Below are positions 12,771 through 28,363 of a stretch of 64,000 nucleotides of DNA, piece by piece. Position 1 is the first letter of the stretch, and the number at the start of each line of letters is the position of its first letter. The position numbers and the translations under genes were made by a program. The notes below the pieces were generated by a model. The model was given only the letters and a program-made list of their open reading frames with translations, had not been told where the DNA came from and made no database searches. Origin of the DNA: Epiperipatus broadwayi (lineage: Eukaryota; Animalia; Onychophora); the NCBI GenBank assembly GCA_028023455.1, contig JAQFVV010000004.1, positions 26,040,001-26,104,000 on the forward strand, in the 5' to 3' direction.

Positions 12771-15700
12771 GTTACTTTAAAATCTTTCACCAGTACATCC
12801 ACAAAATACCAACAAATCTTATATATTATCATAATTTTCTGCCTACAATTATTAGATTTAATGTAAAGTTGTTCTTTTATTAAATTGACACATGTATTTT
12901 TTTATTTTTACCACATGGTTCTTCTTTAAAAAATAATTTGATCTTAAATTATAGCAATTCTTTTTCAAATAATCTTATAAGTAAATAAATCTCAGGGTTC
13001 TTTATGATGAATTATTTCAATATCACTAATTTAGTTCTCTGTATTTCTTGAAAACCTAACAAAAATGTGATCTTAGTAAATAATACAAGCAATAAGACAT
13101 GACCTTACTTTTAAGATAATATCAGATAGAATTAAACCAGTTATAAAATTTACTATTAACATTAAACAAGAAAAACTTTTAAATTAAAATAATGATAGTA
13201 CACTAGGATGACATTCAAGATACCACAAGTAGAAAAGGGATTTTATAGCTACCCAAAATCTCACACCAATAGGGTTTTTTAATCTTCTACTAAAATAAAA
13301 TAATATTATCTTAACCGATAATGAATAAAGTCAAGTGATCTTCCAACTTTATCAAGAATAAATAAAATTGACTGTTAAATAAAATGGCTTTATTATCTTT
13401 AATTAAATAAAATAATTTTTTTCTTTGATGTTATCTCAATGTCAGAAATACAATTTTAAATAGTGACTTTTGTATCATATTTTTTTTATTCTTGTACTCT
13501 CAATGCATAAATAAATATATACAATTGTGTAGTAAATATTATGAGATTCTGAAAGATGCAGATAATGATAAAGACAAATAAGCATGAATTAATAATAAAA
13601 TTAATATTTATTAATACTAATAACATTGTATAACATGTGACTTACAAAATTATTAAAAATAATTTCTCAAAACAAAATAAAATAATAGAAAGAAAAAATT
13701 GTTTTACAATTTTAAAATAAAATAGCAATGATATCCAATGGTTAGTTAAGAAATTCTTCTATGGCTTTGATAACAGTTTCTTACAATTTCCTAAGTCAAA
13801 ATATTCAATATCCTAACTAAAATATAATCTTACCAATCCTAAATTGGTGATGAATGCTGAAGATGTTTAGAATTTTGTGTAGCCACATATACAATTACAA
13901 ATTTAATATTAAATATTTTATTGGATTTAAAACATCTTGGGGTGCTAGACAGGCACATATACAAAACTTACACATCAAAAACAGTCAGATAAACAAATAG
14001 TGTGACTGAAGATATGAGTGGCATTCTGAAATACCTCAAAAAATACCAAATTTCAGAATAAAAGTCCCTGTAGTAGACTACACATGGCTTTGGATAAAAT
14101 ATATCATTAAAAAAATCCACATTAAAAAATAAAAAAGCAAAGGCAAAATAAGATGTTGGCATAAATTTAAGAAAGTACTTATAATGAGGGCAATAATGAG
14201 CTAGGACTTTGTCCCTAGTCAGAAAAAATGAAAATGAATGATTAGAAAAAAAAGGTTTGCCTAACTAAAACATTACATGCTCAACATTAAAAAAAAAAGA
14301 CAAATAATTAAGTGCACTGGCATAATAAATCACAAAAGAGAGACTAAACTACTATTTCTTAAAGCAATGATAACTAAATGATGTTTAAAATTGATAAAAC
14401 ATAAACATAGCAAAATATAGCTAAATATTAAATTGTGGCACAATAATTGAACAATAAAAAATATTCAAAAGCTTCCGAACTCTTCCAGCATTAGCGCCCA
14501 TTCAAAAATAACTTCAAAAAGGGACACATATAATACATTTAAAAATATTATTACTTTAGCAATATTTTGAAAACATAGCATGAAATACCCATTAAATTAT
14601 AAAGTTATACAAAATGCATAGAAATAAGCATAAGGCATTCAAAATACAATAAATATTAAAAACTAATATTTATACCCATTATCAATAAAAGAAAAGGCCT
14701 TCATTTTGGAATTCACATCATTGTGTCAGATAATGCTAATAAAAGAGTTCTTGAATATCCTGCAAACTTTCCAGGATTTCAAGTTAACATAAATTAACAC
14801 ACACAGCAATTAACAAAATATGAGGGAAGCAAATACAAGAATTCACTAACACAAATGAAATATATATATATATATCCATTCAGACCAGATAAGTAAAATG
14901 ACAAACATCATGAACATTGTACAATTTCTTATAATACCTTGTATAAATAAACTTTCATTTACTTCCAATTATAATGAAGAGGAAGTATTCTGGAATGAGT
15001 CATGATAAGATTAGGAGCAATTTAAATTAATATTTCCAGACTAGAGTGAGCATAGCAATAAATAAAATAATGAACTTTTTAAAAAATGAACATATTTAAT
15101 AAATTGGAATCAACATATTGAAAATAGACTTCATTCTTTAAATTTAATGTGAATATAATAAAATCATTTTTATAACCTTATTATTTGTAACACCCATTGA
15201 TGAGAAAAATTAACGTCTCTTAAATATTAGCAATTAATAAATGAAGTTTATATTTTTTTTAAATAAAACATTTAAAATAATCAGACATACTAAATAAATT
15301 TATGTCTTTTATTAGCAATATACAGATTAATATGCATAAAGTCAGAGTTGAGTTTTATTTTCCATTCAAATGTAGTTTTAATCAAATAAGCAAATATTTT
15401 ATTATGGCATTCAGACACATAAGCCTCTTTAAATAGAACAAATGAATAATAATATATTTCTATTATTGAACTATTTCATTGTAACAAATATAATAATCTT
15501 AAAATGTAGCATTATTTAAAAATTCTTTTATTATTCAACAGGTCCTGCAATTTTGTTAAGTATTCATTATTTCATATAAAAATACCAAAAGAGAACATGC
15601 TTGAAATATGATAAAAATATTTACCATTCTTTAAATACAATGGTTACATAAAGTTTTTTAAAAAACAGATTAAAATATTTTTTAATATTAGTATCAAATG

Positions 15701-18700
15701 TGTTAAAAGTTTTTGCATATATCCTAGAAATTAACTTCTGAAATGAAGTTCAGATAGAATAAAAAATATGAAATTAACAAGGCAGGGATAATTTCTTTGA
15801 TTAAAATCTATTATTGCAATAGATTTCTGAGGAAACAATTCAATTTCTGAAATATTCACTGTAGAATTTCTCATAATGCAATATTTGTCAGTTTAAAATG
15901 TTGAGAAGCTTTTCATTATAGAAATCATCTGGATAAATATTTAGGCTTAACAATGCATTTACTAAGTTGACAAAAGAATCAGTTAAAAGCAATTATAACT
16001 GTAGACAAATTAGATGAAAATCATTGTCCAAAAGAGTTGATTGATGGGTGTGTATCTCACTACATCTGACTTTTTTAATACAAGTCATGTGATTGTAATT
16101 GATTGACATGACTGACATCTGAAATACAAATCTTGGATAATGTTAGAAATTTTCTGGTATCTTCTAAAAAATTCTAAAAATAATTGCAATTAATATAATT
16201 CCAGAAGTTCTGGAGTCAATTAATATTACATCATCTTTTTTTTTAAATCAAATATTTACCAAATTATTTAGTAAACTGAAATATAGCAATAAAATACATT
16301 CTTTAAATACATTTAAGATTTACATTATATAATATAAAATTATATTAATGACATATTAAAATTATTTATTTTAAACATTTTTAAGGTCTCAGAAAATATT
16401 TTTTTAATACCTTTAAAATAAAGACTATTCAAATATTAGCTATTTTTAAAATAACTTTGTGCATTAAGTTTTAACCAGGAATTTTAATAATTATTAGCAT
16501 TGCATATGCAGCCACATTCACATTCCCTTACCAAACTCTTTATTTAAAATTCTAATAAAAATATATAAGCTAATTATTGGTTTTAAAATAACACACATTT
16601 TTTTAAAAATCAACTAAACCTTAGGATATTGTAACTAATACTAGATTACAATAGTATTAAATTAAGCATTATGCATTACTGACAACTAATTTAAGTATCT
16701 AAGACCAAATTAAAAACTTAAATGTATTTTAAAGTTCTTCTATAACATTTTATTTTAATAAAAGATATGTAAACTAAGTTAAAATTATTTTAGTTTTACT
16801 ATTCTAAAAAGGTTAAACACTTAAAATTATAAAAAAGTTACCTTATTAAATTTGAATATAAAATTACATTTATAACACTAATTTCAAGATATTACCATCT
16901 TACAGAACCTATTATAGAATGACTAATCAGATACATATACACTTTGATTATTACTTAGCAATAAAATTTATTTAATGGAAAATCAATGTATTAAAATATT
17001 ACAAAACTTGAAATTGAGCTTTACTGAAAAAGCAGAAGGTTACTATATATATATATATATATAATAAACAATCGAAAGTACTTCCAGTAAAGAATATAGT
17101 ATTTAATTTTGAATACTGTGTTAAATAAATTGTTTGAATTATTATTATATGATTTTAAAATACAGACATTTCATGGTCATATATATATATAGTTTTTACT
17201 GTAAAGAGAAGATTGACTTAGTTATATGTACTTAGTAAAGTCTTTTCAAGATTTTACAAATATCACATTAATACAAGAATTTGTTTTAAACATTTTATTA
17301 GTAAGACATGCCTACTGTAACAAATCAATAAAATAAAAGTACATTCCATAATCAGCTTCAGCAGACTGACAATTAAGTCTCTTTTTCCCCTGTTGTTTTT
17401 TTTTTAAATATTTAAAATCAGAGAGTATTCAGAGTTTTTAATTTCAATTAATGATTCTCATTAACATATCTGTTTTTTTATACTTCATATAATTTTAAGT
17501 AAATAAAATTGCTTTCTAAAAGTTAAACATGTTATTATTCAGCAGCTCCAAAATTGCTACTTTTGGCATATTTTGAGTCTTATGATGATACTATGATCAT
17601 GGTATTTTGAGTCTATCTATAACCTTAGATTACCAAACACACACAGAAGTCATTTTAAAATTATTAGTTGAAAAATATCTCAAGATATCAGCATCAGTAA
17701 GATCTTAAGATAATTACAATATGTAATTTGCATATGAAAAAAGTCAGATTTGCATCATTTTGATCTCAATAGAAATCACAATTTGTGATTAGGGAATATT
17801 TTATCCTAAAGGTAAATAATAGAAAAATTGTTTGAAAAGAACAATTGTATTTTTCAGTAATTTGTTTACAAATTAAAGATTATTCATGAAATATTTTTGA
17901 TGAATACTTATTTTAAATAAAAAATCTAAAAATGTTTACAATTATATTTTATTTAAAAATATTTATTTTTATGAAGACAAAGTTATAAAAAGTTTATTAT
18001 GATAAAGTGAAAGCATTTTCTATTAGGTAATAAGAGTGAATGTTTGTCAATGTTTAATTTTGACATACATTTTTTTACTTTAAGGACACTTGATCCTAAA
18101 TTTCTTTTGAATTTAAAAAATGAAATTAACTTATCTAATATTTCATTCTACTAACTTTTTGAGCAGATAAAATTACGTCCAACAATGTTAAGCACCTTTT
18201 CTACTTTACAAAGTTCAAATGTTAACTTTTAGAATATCTTTCATTTAAAAGCTTATATTTGTAGTAAATAATGTAAAGATTATCAATACATGATATTGAA
18301 GAAATGTTTAATTGTAAAAATAAAAGGTTTAAATATGGAGAAGGTTCTCACAAGGGCCTTTTTAAATAAGAAGAATGGAGTTGGGTTCTGAAGAAATTAA
18401 ATAAATATTAGAAGGATTTGTGTGATCCAACCAATGATTCTGATTAAATATTTTTAACAATTCGCTATGGAGTATAATACTCACAAATTGCTCTTTTTTT
18501 AAAAAAAAAAAAAATCTTAAAACTAGCATAATAATAAAAAAATATAAATGAAATCATTAACTCTAATTTACACAATATTTATTAATTTAAAAATGAGTAA
18601 CAATATATTAACTACTGGTGAAATATGTAATAATGAGTCTATAAAAAAAAAGTACATTTTAAAAGTCTATAATAAAAAATGACTTTTATATAATTATTTC

Positions 18701-19004
18701 AGATCAGTTTTTATGCAGCAGTTAGGAAAGTCCATTGACAATAATAAGAAAATTAATTTCTTTTATGTCCATTTCTTTACTTTTATTTTACAAGAGCTCT
18801 CTATAGTAATACAAAGTTGAAATTGGTGTTGCAGGATCATGTGTTTCCCTTAATTGATTTTAAGCATTCAGTCATAATCAGGTTCCAACATATGTTTGAA
18901 TTATTTATTGGGTCATTTTCAATTTTTCACATATTTAAAATATGCATAATTGATAGTTACAGTTTTTATATGGTTGATTCATGGTTCATTATATTTAATT
19001 TTAG

Positions 19005-19078
19005 TTACTTCAAGTACTATTGATATTCTGATAAACTGGTTGTATACACTTAGGAAGAAGTTGTTTGCAAAGATCTTG
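19005..19078 (+). CDS. Candidate exon (TSSTIDILINWLYTLRKKLFAKIL)
   Basis: Acceptor tttaattttag, donor TTG|gtcagt, one open frame. No homology recognised. Confidence 0.25.
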
Positions 19079-22000
19079 GTCAGTTGCATGTTAGTGTTAT
19101 GTGACTTCTAAATTAACAATCAGTTTGGGGGGAGGAACAAGACAAAAGAAAAAGAGAGCAACATACTTGGCTGCATTCTATTTATACTTAAGTTTTTTCC
19201 TATAGAATTTTTAATCAAACAGATTTATTGTAAAATATTTTTATTTTTAAACAAACTAGAATTTTGAGAAAATAAAATAAAATGTATAACAAAGCTCAAT
19301 TACAAAGTATAGATAACAGATCATTTTAAGAGTAATTAATTTTGATACCATAATATAATACAAATTTTACTTCTGATTTTCACTTTATTTTATATAAATC
19401 TTAATTTAATAATATGCATTTTTTTCTTTTTACTTGGAATTTGTTAATTAAAAACCATGTTTAAATAAATCTTTTTAACTCAATAAAGAATTAACCTCAT
19501 GTATAAAAAAACTATTTTCTGTCTAAAATAAATCATTTTTATTTAACTCAAAATAAGAATATTTAAATTTAAACTTAAAATAAAAGTATTTTTATTTAAA
19601 CACAAGTGAAATTCCTTATATCTAATATGTGTATTTATATCTATGCTAAATTAGAATATAAACTATTACATTACATTTACTTAGCTATGCTTTTTCACTA
19701 ACATGTAATCCAATGTTTGAATCATAAATAAATTTTCCTATTGCCAACCACTTGAATAAACTTGACGTAGATATTTACATTACAATTATCTAATGTTCAT
19801 TGATTAATCAAGCATACAATAATTAATTCTTGTGTGGAATGAAGAGAACTTATCTTGAAAATATTATTTTAAAATAAATGCTATCACAATTTATACAACT
19901 AGAACCAAAAATGAGAGCAATTTTATTATGTTTAATGGTTAAAATAAATTCAGTTAATGGCTGGTATAATTTGTATGTACCTTTCTTTTAATTACCCTTG
20001 TTTTATATAAAATGTTTGATTTCTTCATCTAAAGACAGTTATAAAAATTAGATAATAATTATTTAATAATTTAACTTAAAAATTAATTAAGGAAATTGAG
20101 AAAGTATATATTATATGACAATTCCAATTCTCATTCACTTTATCAAAAATATATAAAATTTTACATAGCAAGCAGTTGTTGTTGACTTTTACTAATTTAA
20201 TTAATTTATCTTAACTTTAAGCACACTTATTTTTCTTTTCATAAATTAAAATTGTAAAACATTTCAAAAATTAAAAAAAAAAACCATTTAGCTAAAAGGC
20301 ATTTTACATTTTCTTATGAAAATATAAAAGATTTATACAATTACATTTCAGAGAGAAAACAAGCTAAAAAAGAAAATATATTTAAAAAAATAAAAATATT
20401 ATTACCAATTGTTACTTATTTTAAAAATTATCTATAAGTGTACATGTGCACATTACTATACCTTTTTATCATGGATTTATTTTCTTTTAAATCCTTCTTT
20501 GGTAGTTATAATAGTTAGTTTGTTCCTTGTTGACTTCCATTGTTGAGTTTAAGCAATTCATTTTTTCTAGAAGTTCTATTAACTTTTCCTTTTTTAGGCT
20601 CAAATTTTTCTTATGATAACTTTCTTATTAACACAGACTTCCAGGGTAATGTACATAGTTAAATTTATCAATTTTTATTATATAATAATATTCAGGTCAA
20701 TTTAAGACAGGTTAAATTTCTCTATTTTTCTATATAATAATTTATTGGTCAGGCTAATATATGCTTTTTCATGGAACTTTAGGCTTGTTATAGATCCAGA
20801 GATCCTCTCATTTTACATTTGCTGTTTGTAAACAACCTACATGGCAAGGTTTGATAATGCTTAGCTTCTAGCTAAAATTTAGCACACGATTTTTTTTTTA
20901 ATTAAAAACCATTATTTCTTAACTAGTAGTGAGATTAAGCATTACTTCAGACTTCATAATTATTTCCCATTATTCTCTTCCAGCAGAACTGCCACTATTG
21001 TTTTCTTCAATATCTATATAAAAAAACTATTTCTCACAAGATACTCAGTTCTGTTGACTAACCTTTTATCCAATTACATCATATCTCAAATATGATCACA
21101 TAAAATCCTGACCATCTATGTCATTTTTACAAAAAATATTTCTTTTCTTTTTTAAAATAAAAATTTCCAATCATAGAAATAATTTCTCTGTAGTTATTTT
21201 TTCTTATGCCAAAAAAAACAAACAAGATAATCTTTTAATTACTCTTCTCAATTAGAGATAAGAAAAAAGAAAAAATAACTTTAATTAATAAAAACAAAAC
21301 TTCTTAACATAAATGTTAAAAGCTGATTTTTTTTTCTTTTAAAACTCTGATAAACATAATGCTTATTTTACCTCTCATCATCTTTTAAAAGTTAAACTTA
21401 TCCACAACTTACTGATGAAAAAAATATTTCTTTTTTTTTTTTTCAAAATTAAAACTGGTTGATAAAATTACTGAAGAGAGAGAAAGAGAGAGAATATAAA
21501 AATATTATTTTACTTTATACTTTTTTTTTACAACTAATTAAATCTTGTTTTAGTTTTTTTTAAAAGAAAAATTGCATAGACTTAGCATAGAAAAATAAAT
21601 ATTTATTTTTTTATTTATTGAAATGAATAATAGATTGTTCATTTTAGTATATATTGGCATTATTATTTTAAATAATGTTTAGAATTGGCAACAATTAAAA
21701 AATATAAAACTTTTGAATAAATCAATACACATTATTATATAAAAAATAGAAAATTATAATGTTTGATTTTCTCTTTTTTATATAACTTTACTAATTGTAA
21801 TAGGTTTGAAATATTTTATATGGCTAGAGTTAAATCTCCACCTACAATATTACTATGGTGTTTCTTGATCTTACACTCAAAGGAAAAAATCAATATGTAT
21901 ACCACATTGGCTGGTGCATGGTGGTGAGCATCCCATCGATGTTTATATACTATATAAATAATATAATAATAACTGTAATAATAAGAACATATGCAGTGGC

Positions 22001-22614
22001 ATTAGAAACTTAGCCCTGCTCAGTTCCTTTATGGCTAAAAAAAATCAAAGGGAATCATGTCAATTCACAGCAAGTTCTTTTTTGCTCTCATGATATTTAA
22101 TTATGTGTATATTATATATAAGTATACATGTCATTGTCAATGACATATAGTGTGTGTGCACCCACTCATAGATTTAAAAGTTATGACACAATTTATTTAA
22201 CTTTCAGTACCATTTATAGATATATGTTATAACTTAATCAGAAAGAGGGTAATTGAAAAATATTTTATTGATAGAGTATATAAAAAAGATATACTGTTAG
22301 ATATTTGATGGTTTAGAACTGCAACTAGAGACTCAGATTTAAAAAAAAAATTTTTTTATTTATATTGTTTTTTAGCATTTTTTTTTTTGAACAAATGTTT
22401 TATAAAGCTTGTTTTCAGATTTAATCAATATTGGAAAATATACTCTGCATGTTTTAATCTCTGGTTTTGATAATTGGATATTGAAAATTTATTTTATTAT
22501 TTTTGATAATATTTAAATAATTAATTTTTTTCAATTAAGAAAATGTTATTCATTTTTATTTTATAATCTGTTTGTTTACTTTTTGTAACAACTGCAAAAA
22601 ACTAAATCATCAAA

Positions 22615-22905
22615 CAGATCTATGCAACTATACAAGCTAATGAGATTAGCTTGAAAACATTATTGTGTTTTTCATTTTGGACTCAAAGCCTTATAGTTAG
22701 CTAAAAAGTAAAAGGTGGCTGCTGGAGGATTGCATTATATCCCAAGATCTAGGTGCAGTGCTCTCAGAGTCAAGGTTCCTCAAGCCACATGCTATAAACT
22801 AATCTGGGGATATTGTATGAGTACACACTAGATAGAGATTTTATGCACAAACTTTCCTAAATCCATTGATTACTAGGGCTTGCACTGAGTGGTGCTACTG
22901 CCTCT
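22615..22905 (+). mobile_element. Family A element, single-arm copy (A5) with the HHR core deleted
   Basis: Collinear with the A1 right arm. It reads ggttcctca|agccacatgctataaactaatctgggga, so ctgatgaa is missing. Confidence 0.75.
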
Positions 22906-22919
22906 GTGAAAATTGTAAT

Positions 22920-23760
22920 TGATGTTTAAGCACTTAGAGGTGCTGAATAAGAAAAGCTTAACATTACAATAATCTTAATGTAGTATGTTAAGCATGCTTT
23001 CAATATCTTTGTCATAATATTATAATCATAGCAATGAATGAACAAATTTTGAGCAGAAAGATGTAAGTATCATATAAATTGTATTCAATGAGCTTAAATG
23101 CCCCATTTATTAAAAAGGGACAAGTAGGATTTTTTATTTATAGCATTGGCTTTGTTGATGATATGCCAAGCCTCCTTTACTTTACAATTTGCATCATTAT
23201 TTTCTATACATGTAATGGTAGCTGCAATAGATTCAATGGTATGGGCAAGCTGGTTTTCATCCTAAAGAAATATTGATTGATAGTCTGGATTGTGCTGGGA
23301 CAGTCTTGCTACAAGACTGGTGTGTATTTGGAACAATCCCATTCTAACCTTACAACACTGTCCCAGCATACCAATATTTGCATAAAAGGGTCAAAAACAA
23401 TCCAGTCCACAAATCTATATTTCTTGAGAAAAAAAAATCAACTTGGCCATACCTTTGAACCTATTGCATCCAGTGTTGTATGAATAGAAAAGACTGATGC
23501 AAAGCAAAATAGAGGAGGCTTGGTGTATCGCTAATAATATTAATGGTAAAAATGAAAAAAAAAAGCTTCCCCTTTCTCAAAAGTGGGGCATTTAAGTCTA
23601 TTTGCACACAATTTACATGTTACCTATATTACATCTTCGGTCCATAATTTATTCTGATATTGTTATGATTATAATATTGTAACAAAGATATTGAAAGCAT
23701 GCTATATTAAGACTTCCCCTATTAAGCTTTTCTAACTCAGCATCTCCATGCTTTTAAACG
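22920..23760. mobile_element. Fold-back Penelope-like element remnant, family C (GIY-YIG C-terminus)
   Basis: Arms about 22920-23305 and 23345-23760 match in many blocks (ccaagcctcct/aggaggcttgg, tgctgggacag/ctgtcccagca, gcatgctttcaatatctttg/caaagatattgaaagcatgc). Translations GVYLEQSHSNLTTLSQH..GHTF and KVKEAWHIINKANAINK resemble PLE GIY-YIG motifs (YIGQT..L..R..EH; R...EA..I....IN). Confidence 0.7.
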
Positions 23761-26499
23761 CCTGTCAATCATTTTTATTTCATCAAATTTTTACCAATTC
23801 TTAAAAGTTTTAATAAATTTTCTACTTCAATATTTACTATCTTTTTGATTTTTTGAAAAATTATTTCTTTATTTTAAAACTGATCTATATGACTAAAATT
23901 CAATTATTTTGAAAAAAGACATCAATGTATTTTTACAGAGTAAATAGAAACAAGGTTTTTTTTGTAAAGGAAAAATAAAATTAGAAGCTTACTACAGACT
24001 TAATAAGACAGAGAAACTAATTTCCTCTTATAAAAATATAAACATATAAATCAAATATAATAAAGTAAATTTATTTATTCTTTTCAAATAAGTATTAAGT
24101 AAAATTAAAAAGTTTTTTTTTTAAAAAAAACAACAACAAACTATATATAACTTTATTGAAAATTAAAACAACAACAACAAAAAAATCTTACAACAAAAAT
24201 CATTACTTCTTAAACTTATAATATGTATGAATAATTATGTACTGAAAAAATTATTATTGATTAATTATAAATTCAGAAATATTATTTTTAATTAAAATAG
24301 TTCTTAAATAGTTCATGACACAACAAAGGCCTTTTCAATAGCTAGTTCTATGATAGAGAAAAACAAACAAAATAATTATCTTGAGACTATTATTTTTTTA
24401 AAAAAAAAGCAAAAAAGAGCAAATAAAAACTTGTATTTTGTCTATCAGAACTTAAATATTATATACATATATGTATTAGACATAAATATATATGCTCATA
24501 TTAAATTTTGTTATTTTAGTAAAGCATATTTTTATAAGAAATTACTTAATGAACTGACATAATTAATAACAAATGCAGTATAAGCTATATAAAGCTACAC
24601 TGTTTATTAGCTATCAAAACACCTATATATCATATCAAGTAGCTTATGGTTTTTTTATTTTTACACTATAGTCTACATATACAGTCAATACATATTTTCC
24701 TCTATTTCTGAAAATAAGTCTTTTGTTTAACATCAATATGGTTATAAACATTTATACAATTATTATACAATGAATTTCATTTTTTTAATATGTCATTAAT
24801 TCCATTTGTTATTTACTTGGTATAAATAAATTATTATTACTTATAAAAACTGAAGCCTTGAATTTTCTCACTTTAATTAATTAAAGAGTAATAACTATAA
24901 ATTGTATTTGAAAGGATATGGACAAATGAACATTAGCTAATATATGGTTTAAATATTGTTTATTTCATAATCATCATTTTAAATTTATATTACATCCATA
25001 AAATCTAGGATTATTTATCATTCAATCTATTTTAAATTGTATTGGTACAGATTAGGGACTTGAAACTAAAGCATATAAAATCTTACCTTTTAATTTGCTT
25101 CAATTTTCTTTATAAATTTGAATTTAATCTATTTTCAATAACATCTCTGACACTTGGGCATTACACTACTATTCATCCCATTTATATCATTACAGTTTTT
25201 GCCACCCAAATATGTGGGGAGTTTAAAGGGATAGCCTTTCCCATTTTTTCATGTTTATATATATATTGTAACCGAAAAGCCCTTACCCCAGATTGTAACA
25301 GTCTAAGTTAATGATATAATACAAAGTTATTACCATATAATCCATCACAGCCAGGGTAGACTGAAAAAACTAATCACAGCATTACTTGAAGATATATCAA
25401 GTTACCTAAATAAACTGTATTATTATTTTAATTAACTATAATTCTCCTAAATTATTGGATTTTAAAATGGCATGCCCAAACTTTAATTTATGATTTATAA
25501 CTATTCTTTCAATGACTGTTACTTAAAACCACACTATGATCTTAATTTACAATTATATTTGTTTGAGACCAATAGCCAACCACATACAAGATGATATAAT
25601 CTATGTAACCATTAATCATTATGTGGTGAATACACACCATTATAACAGTAATAATTATAATCTACTCCATAACATCATAAACAATAGCTCATCATGTATT
25701 CAGGTTTAAAATACAGAAATGTTATATAGGGTAAATGCTTTGTAATGAAAGATAAACAATATAAATTTTAAGTTATTTCTTCATTAACCAAATATTAAAT
25801 TAAATCAATAGCAATGAAACTCTTAGAGATAGATAAGGCACCTGTTATAGTTTTAGAAAAATAGATTCACTTGTTATATTGGCTGGCAAATTTATTATTA
25901 ATTTAGGCATTAATATAGCAGATATCAATAGAGGTAACAGATTCTGGATTATACTCCAGAAGTGACAAAGCAAAGCAGCAGTGATGCAGAAGGTAAATGG
26001 GATTTTATTATATCTTATACATCACAAAATACCCAAGAATAAACATTAAAATGTTCTCTGGATATTCCAGTAAATCTTATATACATCATCATCAGGGACA
26101 ATATGTGCTCTAATATTTATGGTCTATTTACTATGTTGGATCTCTGAGTCGATATGTGACTAATAGAAATGGTACAAATAAATTAGGTTATCAAATTAAC
26201 ATTTATTTACAACTCAATACATATGAAAAATAGTAATTTGTTAACAATATTCATAATTTTACATAAATGAATAACATAAAATAACATCACATTTAATTGT
26301 TCTACATGGACAGTGTGCATTAATTAAATAAGTAAATAAACAAAATAAAATACCACCACCTGTGCTTATTTCTGTGCATGGTTGTGTGCACAAGTTTCAG
26401 ATAATACAATCTAAAATTTATTACAAATGTATTAATTTAATTTTTATGGGGACAATGGAGATTCAAATTCAGACAATGGCACCTCCAATCTGCCAAAAC

Positions 26500-27330
26500 C
26501 AGAACAAATGCACTTACACCAAAATTATAATAATGACAACAATTGAAATTGATAAACCTATGTAATTTGACTACAATGAGATGTGAAATCAAAAGAAATT
26601 TAATCTCCAACTCAGCTGAGTTGGGATGCCATATAATTTACCTATAATAAATTGTGACCATAATTCACTTAATGCCTTTTTATGGATGATAACAGAACAC
26701 ATGCAACAAACATTAAGAGAAGTGAAACAATGAAAGTATTATAATGTATGGAGAGTCTACTCAAACATACATTTGTATAATGAAGATCAATAATATACCT
26801 GTAGGTGTATTCATCCACATAAGGAATAATGAGCAGTAAGTACCCTGTGGGTTTTCTAACCATCATCAGAGTAACTAGCATAATTGCAGAATGTTCAATG
26901 GATTAACCACTAGCACTGAAACAAACTTAAAAAATATATAAACTTATAGTAATAATTATTTTGCAGATGAACCATCAACACAGAATGATATAAAGAATAT
27001 AATATGAATACTTACTTCCCAGATAAATTAGAAACAAAACACTCTCATTAATCTACTAAATTGGAAGGCATGAACTGTTTTACAAGTGTAATTCAAGGCC
27101 AAAAGATATAATAAAACTATTATAGAAAACAATTGAGCTAATATCCAACCATAGATCAAATGGTATTAAAGAATATTATCTAATATTATGACATGTGTAA
27201 AAGAACAGAACCCTATAAAAACATACAGAATTAAGCCATGTGATATGTTATAGATTCCTTGTATGAATCATGAGACCCTTCCACAAGTGCTGTTCCCTAA
27301 ATTGACTATCTTTTGACCTTACACCAAGTT
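26500..27330 (+). mobile_element. Highly decayed LINE (RTE-like) AP-endonuclease region
   Basis: A frame with stops reads LKLINLCNLTTMR..AELGCHIIYL**..H and VYSS...VGFL, like the APE motifs (N.RT, DII.LQE, GVGF). Confidence 0.3.
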
Positions 27331-28251
27331 AACAAGTAATTATTTTTCACAACAAATTATATATACAGAAAACTTTATATACTTACAAGACAATATAAAA
27401 TACAATAAAATATAAAATGTATGTTTATTAAATTACTACACTAGGTTCAAATATATGTTATTTAAATCCATTGACTATTAGCCAATCAATTAATAGTATA
27501 CTTCTTAAACTTAATGACAACTATAATTCAAATAAATATTTTTTTTTTAAACATAAAATCTTAATATTGATTATATGCTTCTTCATCTCCATTTATAAGG
27601 AATACTCACAAATTAGTTGATTTAAACATAGGTTTTCTGAAAATCCATGATTTTTGGGAGTGAGGATAGGTATTTTAATCAAATTTTCCTCGAAAATTAA
27701 AGAAATTGCATGATTTTGTTTTGGGGCTTATTCCAGAATTGAAATACTTTACTACCTTTAATTTATAAATATTGAGGACAAAAAATGATTGTTACGCAAA
27801 TAATTGTCTCATGAATGCTATAACAGCTAAAAATAGTTTCCTGGTCAGCTGTTATTTCTTTGAACATTATTGTAATTTTAAGAATATAATGCACACTATC
27901 ATTTTTAATATAAGTTCAGAGGGAAACCATAATTAATTATTCATTGTCCAGACAATAGCACCCAAAGGATCAAAACAACATTACATTCCGCACATATATA
28001 ATACTAGAAGTATCTGAGTTGTGAAAATAAAACATATCTCGAGTTAATACTGCATTCTGTTGCACACATATATAACACTCCCATATGTGTTAAAGTTTAT
28101 GAAAGCAAAATTTATCTAAACTAAAATACAGTACTTCATTTTTAACTATCACAACACTACTATGGGTGTTAATGTTATGAAGATAAAATTTTATTTGAGG
28201 CTAAACATATTCTATAAACAATAAGGAATTTCAAATAGACTGACTTTTTAG

Positions 28252-28363
28252 AGCTGCTATTCCTGTCATCGTGGTTAACAATAAATTCCTGTGCATTTCA
28301 GTTGTAGACTTTGTGGGAGATTATCAGCAGTTAGACCTAAAGTTGGTGGACCCAAACAGATTT
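28252..28363 (+). CDS. Candidate exon (AAIPVIVVNNKFLCISVVDFVGDYQQLDLKLVDPNRF)
   Basis: Acceptor gactttttag (alternative gtgcatttcag, exon start 28302), donor TTT|gttagg, open frame and raised GC. No homology recognised. Confidence 0.3.
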
